Virus record (IMG/VR): IMGVR_UViG_3300043120_000090 | Span: 21,956-85,955 of that record | Reading direction: 5' to 3' (one strand) | DNA: 64,000 bases | Source: a virus | Taxonomy: Duplodnaviria; Caudoviricetes | Part shown: positions 28,995-39,224 of the stretch, in pieces | How the letters are laid out: every line of letters starts with the position of its first letter | Numbering within the stretch: position 1 is the first letter of the stretch | Notes under the pieces: model-generated | The model's input: the letters and a program-made list of their open reading frames with translations, nothing else | Told to the model about the DNA's origin: nothing | Database searches by the model: none | Program-made: the position numbers and the translations under genes

Positions 28995-31523
28995 TTAAGT
29001 TGTAATCAAATTCAAAACACCACCTGAGAATGTGTATTTAAAACCACCACGAACAGTATCAGTAGGTGCTGCCAATGTTAATGCAACGGCAACGTTTGCG
29101 GAACCGTCAACCGAAGCGGAACCAGTAGCTCCACCTGTAAAGGATAATGTTCGGGCTGTGCCCCAGTTCGCTGTTGTAATGTTTGCAGAACCATTAAAAG
29201 AAGTTCCATTAATAGTACGGGCGGTTTGCAGAGTAGTTGCAGTAGCAGCATTCCCAGTTGTGGAAGAACTAGAACCTGTAACACTGATAGGCCAAGTACC
29301 ACTTGTTCCTGTACCAGTAAGAGGTGCATAAGCATGAGTATGGCTCGTTGGAGCAGCACCCACATCTGCAGCAGTAGGCTTGTTACCAGTGTGGTAGATA
29401 GTCATCCAGCCAGAGTTTGCTCCATTAGACACTCTTCTAAATGCAAGAATATCTGAGTTGAAGCAAGCTGCGATATCCACATAGTAACCACCTGCGTTAG
29501 AATGGTTTAGCGTAATATGGTGATACCAATCATTCGTAGGGTTCAGCAACTGCGAACCATTAGCACCTGTTCCACCAGTTCCAGAGAAGTTAGACACCTG
29601 CAAACCTTGTCTTCCGTAGGCAACTGTAGAGTCATTCCCCCATAAATTAGCGGAATTTAAAGGTAAATAATCATGAGTATGAGAAGCAGCAGCATAAGAA
29701 CCAGCAGGTTGAGCACCTATTTCAGCCAAACTCCAAGCAACGTTAGCAGAACCATCTACAGACTTTCCAGTATTACCTATTGTTAAGGTTCTCGCCGATA
29801 CCCATCTAGAAGAAGAAGCAGCATTACCAGTAATAGCAATAGTCCAAGTTCCTGTTGCACCTGTTCCTGTAGTTGATGGAACACCTATTTCAGCTAACGT
29901 CCACGTATAATTTCCAGATCCATTAATTGATTTACCGGTACTTCCGATTGTAATTGTACGAGACGTTCCCCACGTGGATGTTGTAATATTAGAAGTACCA
30001 TCAAAAGAAGTCCCATTAATAGTTCTAGCATTTAATAATTTTGTAGCAGAAACTGCATTTTGAGCTGCACCTAATGCACCAACATCAGTATAATCTATTA
30101 CTACTACACCTTGATACCCATTAACAGATGTTACAGACTCTGTATTATCAATTTTGTAATATGAATCAAGGTTAGCAGAATAACATATACTATCACCCAC
30201 ACCATAATCTACAGAATTAATTACTCCTGCTACAGTAACTTTCCAAAAAGCTGATCTATTATTGGTACCATCATTAGGGGGTGTAGGGTACACACCCAAA
30301 GAAGCATCATAACTACCCATCTCAACCATAGCACCTTGTAGAGAGGTAGCAGCCAATTCTGCTGCATTTTTATATTCTAGGGCAGCAAGTTCACTAATAG
30401 CAGCATTAGTTTCACTAGTTGCAGCAGCATTTTTACTAGCTAAAGCTGAACTAGCTGAACTAGCAGCATTAGTTTCACTAGTTGCAGCAGCATTTTTACT
30501 AGCTAAAGCAGCACTAGCTGAATTAGCAGCATTAGTTTCACTAGTTGCAGCAGCATTTTTACTAGCTAAAGCTGAACTAGCTGAACTAGCAGCACTAGTT
30601 TCACTAGTTGCAGCAGCTTGCTCAGATGCTAAAGCTGCACTAGCTGAACTAGCAGCATTAGTTTCACTAGTTGAAGCATTTTGCTCCGAAGTTAGAGCAG
30701 CACTAGCTGAACTAGCAGCATTAGTTTCACTAGTTGCAGCAGCATTTTTACTAGTTAGAGCAGCACTAGCTGAACTAGCAGCATTAGTTTCACTAGTTGA
30801 AGCAGCATTTTTACTAGTTAGAGCAGCACTAGCTGAACTAGCAGCATTAGTTTCACTATTTTCAGCAGCTTGCTCAGATGCTAAAGCTGCACTAGCTGAA
30901 CTAGCAGCATTAGTTTCACTAGTTGCAGCAGCTTGCTCAGATGCTAAAGCTGCACTAGCTGAATTAGCAGCATTAGTTTCGCTAGTTGAAGCAGCTTGCT
31001 CAGATGCTAAAGCTGCACTAGCTGAACTAGCAGCATTAGTTTCACTAGTTGCAGCAGCATTTTTACTAGCTAAAGCTGAACTAGCTGAACTAGCAGCACT
31101 AGTTTCACTAGTTGCAGCAGCATTTTTACTAGTTAGAGCAGCACTAGCTGAATTAGCAGCATTAGTTTCACTAGTTGAGGCATTTTGCTCAGAGGTTAGA
31201 GCAGCACTAGCTGAATTAGCAGCATTAGTTTCACTAGTTGCAGCAGCATTTTTACTAGTTAGAGCAGCACTAGCTGAATTAGCAGCATTAGTTTCACTAG
31301 TTGCAGCAGCATTTTTACTAGTTAGAGCAGCACTAGCTGAATTAGCAGCATTAGTTTCACTAGTTGAAGCAGCATTAGCTGAATTTTCAACTTCTAATTT
31401 TATAGCATTTAGAGTAGATAAACTGACACTAGAGGGGCCACCGCTAGTTATTTTTAGAACAGTACCAAGAGATATCTCATCTAAAGTTACAGAGTTTATT
31501 TTATAAATTTTTACACCAATCAT
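28995..31523 (-). CDS. L-shaped (lateral) tail fibre protein
   Basis: Position after the p132-like gene; Ala/Ser-rich coiled-coil repeats; ARTINGTSFDG-type fibre repeats. Confidence 0.88.
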   Translation of the reverse strand: MIGVKIYKINSVTLDEISLGTVLKITSGGPSSVSLSTLNAIKLEVENSANAASTSETNAANSASAALTSKNAAATSETNAANSASAALTSKNAAATSETNAANSASAALTSEQNASTSETNAANSASAALTSKNAAATSETSAASSASSALASKNAAATSETNAASSASAALASEQAASTSETNAANSASAALASEQAAATSETNAASSASAALASEQAAENSETNAASSASAALTSKNAASTSETNAASSASAALTSKNAAATSETNAASSASAALTSEQNASTSETNAASSASAALASEQAAATSETSAASSASSALASKNAAATSETNAANSASAALASKNAAATSETNAASSASSALASKNAAATSETNAAISELAALEYKNAAELAATSLQGAMVEMGSYDASLGVYPTPPNDGTNNRSAFWKVTVAGVINSVDYGVGDSICYSANLDSYYKIDNTESVTSVNGYQGVVVIDYTDVGALGAAQNAVSATKLLNARTINGTSFDGTSNITTSTWGTSRTITIGSTGKSINGSGNYTWTLAEIGVPSTTGTGATGTWTIAITGNAASSSRWVSARTLTIGNTGKSVDGSANVAWSLAEIGAQPAGSYAAASHTHDYLPLNSANLWGNDSTVAYGRQGLQVSNFSGTGGTGANGSQLLNPTNDWYHHITLNHSNAGGYYVDIAACFNSDILAFRRVSNGANSGWMTIYHTGNKPTAADVGAAPTSHTHAYAPLTGTGTSGTWPISVTGSSSSTTGNAATATTLQTARTINGTSFNGSANITTANWGTARTLSFTGGATGSASVDGSANVAVALTLAAPTDTVRGGFKYTFSGGVLNLITT
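30385..31385 (-). repeat. About 16 tandem 63-bp (21-aa) repeats in the fibre gene
   Basis: Unit AA(A/S)TSET(N/S)AA(S/N)SAS(A/S)AL(T/A)S(KN/EQ); 16 SETN/SETS motifs counted. Confidence 0.9.
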
Positions 31524-31532
31524 TGTCTCACC

Positions 31533-31931
31533 TTATGTTCTAGTAGCAGTTCTATTAATAAAAATTTTACCAGATAAAACTTTAGATACTATTCCTGCTG
31601 AATTCTCTAATACTACATCATAGTAGCCTGCTAAAGTTACTTGTGTATCTGCCAAATTAAGCCCAGTTAATCTAGATTTAGGTATAGATAAAAATATTCT
31701 GTTACTAGTAGATGCATCTTCTAATTGACAATCAAAGCTAAATAATACTATAGATGTATCAGAGAAATTATTACGAACATCAGCACTAACATTAGTAACT
31801 TCAGATAAATCTAGTGGAGTTTCAATGGTATCTATACCATTAGAGTCCAATGTAATATCTACTAAATCTAGAGCTATATCAAAATCTGTATTTTCATCTA
31901 CATATAAGTCAAATGTAGGGTTATTTTTCAT
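31533..31931 (-). CDS. T5 p132-like collar / lateral fibre anchor
   Basis: Start moved to MKNNPTFDLYVDENTDF (AAGGA SD); YYDVVLE...KVLSGKIFINRTATR, a BppU-like pattern. Confidence 0.75.
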   Translation of the reverse strand: MKNNPTFDLYVDENTDFDIALDLVDITLDSNGIDTIETPLDLSEVTNVSADVRNNFSDTSIVLFSFDCQLEDASTSNRIFLSIPKSRLTGLNLADTQVTLAGYYDVVLENSAGIVSKVLSGKIFINRTATRT

Positions 31932-31944
31932 TTTTATGTTTTCC

Positions 31945-32727
31945 TTAAGAATAATTTGGTAAATTATCGAACTGGTCATATGTAGCACAATCAATTGCTA
32001 AAATATATTCTTGTAATAAAGGTACTCCCATATTTTTAACTATACTAGGAAAATCTTCCCCAGTTAAAAATACTGCACTTTTAACAGTTGTATTACTACC
32101 ATTGTATAAACAGCCTTGTTGGCCTCTATAGTATCTAGGCTCATATACCCCAGATTCTATGCTTTCAGGTATATACCACATATTAGTAGTAGCAGCTATT
32201 GTAGCTACTTTACCTGTAATAGTTACATCCCATTGTGGGTCCACATATGCTTTTGGTGATACATTATTCCAATAAATTAAAGAACCTAAAGTATTTCTTG
32301 TCTGTAGCATAGCTCTACTACTATTAAAAGTCTTTATACCATCTGGTCTTTGTATAATTACACCATAATTCATATTTGGTATATAGTTAGCTTCAACAAA
32401 GACATAAAAATCTACAACAAAACCATTGGTATTAGGGCCTGATTGTCTCTCTCCAGATACTATATAATCATCTCTATTACCTAGCAATACTCCGTAATAT
32501 TTACCAGAAGAAGTAATTACATGTGTATTCACAGGATAGGTTCCAGATATAGTAACTGCAAAACATAATATACTTACTGACGTCGGTAAATTAAATAGAG
32601 GGAACGTTTGATTATTAGTAGAATCTTTAGTAATTCTATACTTACCCCAGTAATGAAATGCTCTTTCATTATTATTTATTACTAAGTTACCGTCTTTATT
32701 ATGGAATAGTAAGCCATGAACTGCCAT
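31945..32727 (-). CDS. Tail-tip accessory protein (putative)
   Basis: In the tail operon; HGLLFHNKDG N-terminus and internal YGVIIQRPDG...FNS repeat. Confidence 0.55.
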   Translation of the reverse strand: MAVHGLLFHNKDGNLVINNNERAFHYWGKYRITKDSTNNQTFPLFNLPTSVSILCFAVTISGTYPVNTHVITSSGKYYGVLLGNRDDYIVSGERQSGPNTNGFVVDFYVFVEANYIPNMNYGVIIQRPDGIKTFNSSRAMLQTRNTLGSLIYWNNVSPKAYVDPQWDVTITGKVATIAATTNMWYIPESIESGVYEPRYYRGQQGCLYNGSNTTVKSAVFLTGEDFPSIVKNMGVPLLQEYILAIDCATYDQFDNLPNYS

Positions 32728-33101
32728 TAGGTTCTACCCCCAAAGAATGAGAAAGATATTGGGCCGTAATATGTACCTCCTTGTACAGAGCCTATAATAC
32801 ATGATACATGAAAAGTTTTATTAGTATAATTTAAATTGTTACTTATACTGAAAAAATATCCAATAGCATTACTAGACCCACCTAAATTTACGGTCATATC
32901 TTTATTTACAGTATCTACTTTAACTATCCTAAATATGTTAATATCTGTATCAAACCATGAGGGTAAATCTATATCAAAGTTACCAGTAATAGGATTAGTA
33001 AACTCTACAGTCATTATGTGATTTAAACCTACATAGTTATAAGTAGTGGGAATAGCTATCCCACTACTCGTAGTATTATATATAGTCATTCCAAAAGACA
33101 T
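32727..33101 (-). CDS. Tail-tip accessory protein (putative)
   Basis: MSFGMTIYN N-terminus; directly after the pb4-like gene. Confidence 0.55.
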   Translation of the reverse strand: MSFGMTIYNTTSSGIAIPTTYNYVGLNHIMTVEFTNPITGNFDIDLPSWFDTDINIFRIVKVDTVNKDMTVNLGGSSNAIGYFFSISNNLNYTNKTFHVSCIIGSVQGGTYYGPISFSFFGGRT

Positions 33102-33110
33102 TATTTCTCC

Positions 33111-35651
33111 TTATATTGAAAGATTACCTATTTTTACAACTAGATACCCATTATCATCATATACTAATATCTGATTATTTTTTATTTCCATTCTAGCCCC
33201 AGAAGTTCCTGAATTAATAGTAACTGCTCCTTGGTTATTTACCGAAAAATTACCAGAAGAACCGCCAATAGTCATAGAGCCACCAGTTATAACTGGTGCG
33301 GATATGCTAGTACCTGCTATTAATTTATCCCCAGCTATAGTACCTGTAGCTACAATGGAACCATTAATTAATAATGCTACAGTTACCCAAGAAGAGCCAT
33401 TATATTGTCTAGCTTGCGAATCTGTTCCAGTAGATAAGGTTTGAACAAATATATCATTAGCTATAGGGTTTCTACCAACTAATGCTAAAAACCTAGAATT
33501 AGCTGTAGCTGTTACCCAGGATATACTTGTATAAGTACTCCCATAGAAACCGGCACCTGGAGTACCATTTATACCATCAGCACCTGGGGCTCCATCAGCT
33601 CCATCAGCTCCTGTCTCACCTTTAGATTTAAAGACTGACCATGTACTCCAAACCCCATTACTATAAGAACGTGTTGCCATCCATATAGTTCCAGTAGTAC
33701 CAGTAGTAGTCCAATTAGCGGGATTAGTAGTTGGGTCTCCTGGGGAAGTAAGTATAGCTGAATATCTAACTTCAAAAGAAGCTGTATCTGTTAGTTTCTG
33801 TGGTGTTGTCCATGTAGATGTTTGTGGTGCAGATCCAGATACAGTAAATATTCTAGTTGAGGACCAAAGAACCGCATCTCCATTAGGAATACCATCAGAC
33901 CAACCAATAGGTACTGGACTATTATAAGAACCACCAGTAGGAGTAGTAGGAGCAGTATTACTTCTTAAAAATACTATAGATTTAAAAGAACTATCTCCAC
34001 TTGTGCCATTTTCACCAGAAAACTTAGAGGGAGTAGACCAAGTATATCCTTCTTCTAGTTCATTAGTTATCTCATTTAAGTAACCTTGTGAAACCCACTG
34101 ATACTGACCTGGACTAGATATAGCTTGTGGAACTATATACCAACCAGTTGGTGGGTATACTGTAGATGTAGGGGTAGTAGGTTGAGTAGTATTTACTTGG
34201 TAAATATAAACAAAACGTTTAGCAACTAAATTACTAAGGTCTACATCTCCTAAAGGAGTACCAATCTGTACCTCACCGGATATAGATAATTTACTACCAT
34301 CCCATCTTATATATTTAGAAGAATTACCTAAATCAAATTTATATAACCCAGAAGTATTATCATATCCCATCCATATACCAGCAACGCTAGAACCATAAAT
34401 TTTACCTTCCGTGTAGAGAGCCGGATTATCTTTACCAGTAAAGTTAGTAAGCACAAAATCGGCAGCATTAATTTTCTTAGTAATTATGCCACCATCTACA
34501 TATAATGTACCATCTGTACCGTTTAATTGTATTGGGAATATACCATTTGTATCTGGTATACCTAATCCTATAGAACCAGTATTAGCATCCATTAAGAATG
34601 TTTGTTTTTTAATACCACTAATAGTAGTATAACTTCTAATACCAGAATAGCTAACATCTACTAAAGTATTATTAGTAAAATTATTATCTAATGTAGTACT
34701 ACTATTTAGTATATAAGTAGATATATCTGAATCTGTGTAATTATCTGGATAATTACCGAAAGAATATGCTCTTATTGCTATTTTATGTTCTATATTATAA
34801 GGAAAATTAGATATTATAGCTTCTAAAGAATTACCTACTGATATAACTTTGGCCTTATTAAACCCATTTACTAAATAGTCTGATGTAGAAGTATATAATA
34901 CTGCAAATGTTTTAATACCAGCACCATTATTTTTTTCCCAATTCCATGATAACTTAATATCAAATCTTTCAAAAGTATCATTAATTTTAGCAGCTAGTAT
35001 ATTTAAATCAGTAGGTTTAGATGGGGCATTAAATCTATAAGTAACATCTATAGGGTCTGGATATTGATAATAATCAGATTCTTCTGCTATAGTACCCAAA
35101 CTATCAGTTATTAACCCTTTTATTCTTAAATTAAATTTACCAATAAAAGGTGGAGAAATAAGTAGTCTACTACTAAATGCTCCTTGATATAGATTTAACC
35201 ATTCTGATGTTCCAAATACTTGATATTCTACTAATAAAGTATCTGCATAACCTTGCATTAATAAGGCTATATTAGGTAAACTTGATCCAATATCGACATC
35301 TAATTGTTCATATTCAATACTATTAATTATTGGTGAGTTAGCTGTTGTGACCTCATGTATATCAGATAAATATATTAATTTTTTATTATTTAATAGTATA
35401 GAGTCTACCATAGAATCATAGTAAGCCCCTTGTATCTGATAAGTTGTATTAGTATTTAGATTACTAAGTTCAGCTAAGTTACTAGAAGTATCCATAGTTA
35501 TTAATTGAGTGATTCCAGATGAAACATTAGTAACCCAGAAAGCTCTTCCGAGAACATCTCCATCAGTAAACTCACTACTAATTAAATAAATATGATTATA
35601 CCCAGCTTTTAACTGGGTAATTATCATCTTTCTAGGCTGTTGATTTATCAT
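33111..35651 (-). CDS. Central straight fibre protein (pb4-like)
   Basis: Start MINQQPRKMII overlapping the pb3 stop (ATGA); FnIII-like segments, collagen-like GxY run, C-terminal GARMEIKNNQILVYD. Confidence 0.85.
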   Translation of the reverse strand: MINQQPRKMIITQLKAGYNHIYLISSEFTDGDVLGRAFWVTNVSSGITQLITMDTSSNLAELSNLNTNTTYQIQGAYYDSMVDSILLNNKKLIYLSDIHEVTTANSPIINSIEYEQLDVDIGSSLPNIALLMQGYADTLLVEYQVFGTSEWLNLYQGAFSSRLLISPPFIGKFNLRIKGLITDSLGTIAEESDYYQYPDPIDVTYRFNAPSKPTDLNILAAKINDTFERFDIKLSWNWEKNNGAGIKTFAVLYTSTSDYLVNGFNKAKVISVGNSLEAIISNFPYNIEHKIAIRAYSFGNYPDNYTDSDISTYILNSSTTLDNNFTNNTLVDVSYSGIRSYTTISGIKKQTFLMDANTGSIGLGIPDTNGIFPIQLNGTDGTLYVDGGIITKKINAADFVLTNFTGKDNPALYTEGKIYGSSVAGIWMGYDNTSGLYKFDLGNSSKYIRWDGSKLSISGEVQIGTPLGDVDLSNLVAKRFVYIYQVNTTQPTTPTSTVYPPTGWYIVPQAISSPGQYQWVSQGYLNEITNELEEGYTWSTPSKFSGENGTSGDSSFKSIVFLRSNTAPTTPTGGSYNSPVPIGWSDGIPNGDAVLWSSTRIFTVSGSAPQTSTWTTPQKLTDTASFEVRYSAILTSPGDPTTNPANWTTTGTTGTIWMATRSYSNGVWSTWSVFKSKGETGADGADGAPGADGINGTPGAGFYGSTYTSISWVTATANSRFLALVGRNPIANDIFVQTLSTGTDSQARQYNGSSWVTVALLINGSIVATGTIAGDKLIAGTSISAPVITGGSMTIGGSSGNFSVNNQGAVTINSGTSGARMEIKNNQILVYDDNGYLVVKIGNLSI

Positions 35652-38482
35652 GTAATCTGACTCCAATTAAGAGATTGGGAATTTCCATCCCCTTCTGCTC
35701 TAATTTTAAATCTAAGTTCTCTAAAAGCACCCAATTCTCCAGTAAGATTAGAATAATCTGTTTTATTATCTGTATAATTATATATATAAGAACTATTAAT
35801 AGTAGTTATCTCTCTTATAACTGTATTAGTATTGTTTAAAATTTGTATTCTGTACTGAATATTCTGTACTTCAGTCACAATTGGATCCCATTGTAATTCA
35901 ACATAATTATATATAAATTGATTACTATAACCAGGTTCTAAATTTATAACTCTAAAATTAATAACATCCGGTAAGTATTTAGAAGGATCTATACTTATTT
36001 CTATACTAATAGGAGAACTAAATGATCCTGTAGTAGATACTGCTCTAACTGTAAATACGTAAGTTCCTACAGTTAAATCATCTATTTCAAAAAATATTCT
36101 TCCAGTTTCATCTACATTTTCCTTAGGAACCATCACTATCCCAGGAGCATTAGTCCAATATACTGAATAATAGGAAGTATTATTAGATAGACTAGGTAAC
36201 CAAGATAAAATACCATTTATATTAGCACCAGGGTTATCCATATCTACTGAAGGTTTATACTGTAAATCTCTAGGAGGTAATATAGAAACATTACCTATAG
36301 GATTTTGTTCATTAGATACATCAGCTTGTCCACTATTAATAAATACATCAGGTGGAAACTCTAGGAAGGTAACATTTAATTTACCATTATAAAGAATTTC
36401 TATTGAATCTACAATAAAACGTTTATCTACCCAATCATATCTAGAATATGTTAAACTTACATTATCATTAGGTAAAAATTCACCTATATAATAGAAGGGT
36501 AAGGTAGCTGATACTGAGCGAGAGAATCTAGATTTAGTTAATTCTCGTTCGATCATTGATCTAGCCGTATAATAATTAGTAACATATGGGAAACTTAAAT
36601 TTAATTTTTTCTCTATGCCTCTATCTTCTTCTTTATACTGAGAATTATAGAAAGTTATAGAGTTAGTTGCCCATGCTTTTCCAGGGTCTGCTATAGAACC
36701 TGTAACAGTATTATACTTAGAACTACCTGTTAAATCAGATATTTCTATGGGCTTTATAGCTTCTTTATCTAAATTTATAGATGCTACAATTGGGTCGTCA
36801 CTCTCTACTTTTAAAATATATTTACCACTATATTTATTTAAAGAACAATTTACCTGGTTCAGTAATGCTGCTACATTTTTAAAAACTGCTTGTTCAGTCT
36901 CTATAAGTACATTAGTTTGCATTACTGTCTTAAATGAATCATCTTGGGCATTCCACCCTAAATATCTCCAAAATGGAACCCAATCTTTATTATAGGTAGT
37001 ATCTATAGCATTAAACTTATTAGCTACATCTTCAAAGCTATGTAAATCTATTTCACTATAATTAATAGACATACCATACCTAAAAGAAGTAATATAGTCT
37101 AATAGTTGCCAGGCCATATTTAAGCTTGTACCATTAGTGTATATAATATTACCATTTTCAGATATATTAACTATTTTACCACGTACTTCGGCTTCAATAG
37201 TAGGTATAGCAGTCCTACCACCATCTAAGTCACTTAATTTGAAATTAAATATAACATAAGCAGTATCTAGTAATTTAAAGGTATCATCCCAGTATTCAGG
37301 GCCATCACCATTTAGATTTTGTAAATAAAAATTATTAGCAGCTGCTATATCAACTAATACTTGAGCAGCTTCTTGATTAGATTTACCGTGAAATGTCCAA
37401 AACCTAACTTCACCAGCCCCATCATCCATAACATATTCTCTTCCATGTTCAGATACAGCTGCTCTACCAGAAGCAGGATTACCATCTGATCCAGCTACAG
37501 AATTATTGATAGTATCTCCATTAATTTTCTTTCTACCAAAACATACTCTACTATCACTATCATCATCTGTTAAACATATAATAGGATTATCATCAAGGTA
37601 AAAATCATAGAAACCCTCTATTTCACCTTCACATATTGCATATACTACCCATACACTACTAGGATCATGTGCTTCTGTATCGGCAAATATAGGTATAGCT
37701 GGTACTTTTTGTACCCCGTATACTACTGGTATAAACTTAGCTGATAAATCAAAACGTAGATCTACTTCTTTAGTTACAACCTCTTTATATTCTTGTAAGG
37801 AAATACTTTTTTTCAAACCAAACCATGAAGATTTTTTCTTTAGTTTATACTTGGTTTCTTCTGTTTGATATTTAGCTATAATGCTAGTGGATTTATTAGC
37901 ATGATAGAATCCTTTATCTAAAGCATACTCAGGTCTTTTAGTAGCTAAGGAAGGAACCCACTCTCCATTTTCAACAACCATACCTCTATGGTCATAATCA
38001 TCAGTGATCCTACCAACTACTTGTTGAAAATCTTGAAAATGGTTAGCACACTCCCATTTTATACTGGAAGTTAATTTTGTTCCGGATGAACTTTCTGAGA
38101 TACCACTATTAGTTATTAACCCTTCAAATACTACTATAGCTTCACCTATAATATTTTCAGTTACAGGGTCTAAATATACTAATATTATTCTTAAACTCTT
38201 ATTTAGAAAAGAAGAACTTTCATCTAAAGCTATACCTAATTGTTCATCATCTAAACCAGAAAATGTAACATTTATTTTATGAGCAGTTAATTCTCTAGTA
38301 AATTTAATATTATTAAGAGTTTTTATAGCATTTGTTTTATAAGTAATACTATTATAAGTAATATCTCTATTAAAATCAGTATAATATAGGTAAACTGGAG
38401 CTTCCGGAGTACTTTCTGGTCTTTCTAACCTTATAAGAAATACTTTCTTTAAATTATTATATTGTTTTAATAGATCTTTCAT
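35648..38482 (-). CDS. Baseplate hub / Tal protein (pb3-like)
   Basis: 944 aa; GRITDDYDHR, LPVVYG-like FIPVVYGVQK, C-terminal FnIII; synteny. Confidence 0.9.
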   Translation of the reverse strand: MKDLLKQYNNLKKVFLIRLERPESTPEAPVYLYYTDFNRDITYNSITYKTNAIKTLNNIKFTRELTAHKINVTFSGLDDEQLGIALDESSSFLNKSLRIILVYLDPVTENIIGEAIVVFEGLITNSGISESSSGTKLTSSIKWECANHFQDFQQVVGRITDDYDHRGMVVENGEWVPSLATKRPEYALDKGFYHANKSTSIIAKYQTEETKYKLKKKSSWFGLKKSISLQEYKEVVTKEVDLRFDLSAKFIPVVYGVQKVPAIPIFADTEAHDPSSVWVVYAICEGEIEGFYDFYLDDNPIICLTDDDSDSRVCFGRKKINGDTINNSVAGSDGNPASGRAAVSEHGREYVMDDGAGEVRFWTFHGKSNQEAAQVLVDIAAANNFYLQNLNGDGPEYWDDTFKLLDTAYVIFNFKLSDLDGGRTAIPTIEAEVRGKIVNISENGNIIYTNGTSLNMAWQLLDYITSFRYGMSINYSEIDLHSFEDVANKFNAIDTTYNKDWVPFWRYLGWNAQDDSFKTVMQTNVLIETEQAVFKNVAALLNQVNCSLNKYSGKYILKVESDDPIVASINLDKEAIKPIEISDLTGSSKYNTVTGSIADPGKAWATNSITFYNSQYKEEDRGIEKKLNLSFPYVTNYYTARSMIERELTKSRFSRSVSATLPFYYIGEFLPNDNVSLTYSRYDWVDKRFIVDSIEILYNGKLNVTFLEFPPDVFINSGQADVSNEQNPIGNVSILPPRDLQYKPSVDMDNPGANINGILSWLPSLSNNTSYYSVYWTNAPGIVMVPKENVDETGRIFFEIDDLTVGTYVFTVRAVSTTGSFSSPISIEISIDPSKYLPDVINFRVINLEPGYSNQFIYNYVELQWDPIVTEVQNIQYRIQILNNTNTVIREITTINSSYIYNYTDNKTDYSNLTGELGAFRELRFKIRAEGDGNSQSLNWSQIT

Positions 38483-39103
38483 TTAGGATATATCCTCTGA
38501 TAAGTTTAATGAGAAAGAATCAAATAATCCAGTTTCATTTATAGTTTGTTGTATTGCACTAGGGTCATCTATTACTAGTGTAAATAGTACATTATTAAAA
38601 ATTGGCTTTTCTAACCCAGTAGTTACAGCTACTAAATTAGGAAATATACCTAGTGTTAAAGTAGTTCCGGTTAAATTAACAGAAGTTATTTTATATACTT
38701 TGTTCTTATGATTAGAAAGTGACATAATATCACCTTTTTTGGGTATACCAGTAAGATTATAATTACTTATAACTAAATTAGCTCCCTGTTGTCCAGCAGT
38801 AATAGTAGTAGTATTAGTATCTCCTGATACTCTATAGTTTTCTAGATGAGGTAGTAGTACCTGAAACCTATTCCCATTAACTATACCTTTTAGTAAATCT
38901 GCCTCTATTATACTAATTTCATCGGGAATTAAATCTTCATAAGTTAGAATTATACCCCAGTACTGAGCTTCCCCTTGTAAAGAATAAACTTTACCACCAG
39001 GTAATCTATCTTGATACGTAGGTAGATTATTAATTAAAGTAGCCTTTGTAAATCCAGGAGCAGATGGATTTGTTAATGGATCTGATAATCTTATATATGC
39101 CAT
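38483..39103 (-). CDS. Distal tail protein (pb9-like)
   Basis: MAYIRLSDP...PGF; 206 aa after the tape measure gene. Confidence 0.88.
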   Translation of the reverse strand: MAYIRLSDPLTNPSAPGFTKATLINNLPTYQDRLPGGKVYSLQGEAQYWGIILTYEDLIPDEISIIEADLLKGIVNGNRFQVLLPHLENYRVSGDTNTTTITAGQQGANLVISNYNLTGIPKKGDIMSLSNHKNKVYKITSVNLTGTTLTLGIFPNLVAVTTGLEKPIFNNVLFTLVIDDPSAIQQTINETGLFDSFSLNLSEDIS

Positions 39104-39224
39104 TTATGTCTCCATATATTTATTTATATTTTAATATATACATTATATATATTAGAAAAAGTCAAGTCAAGTTTTTTATAAAAAAAGTCCAGACTATAGA
39201 ATTTAGTCTGGACTTTTATAAATA

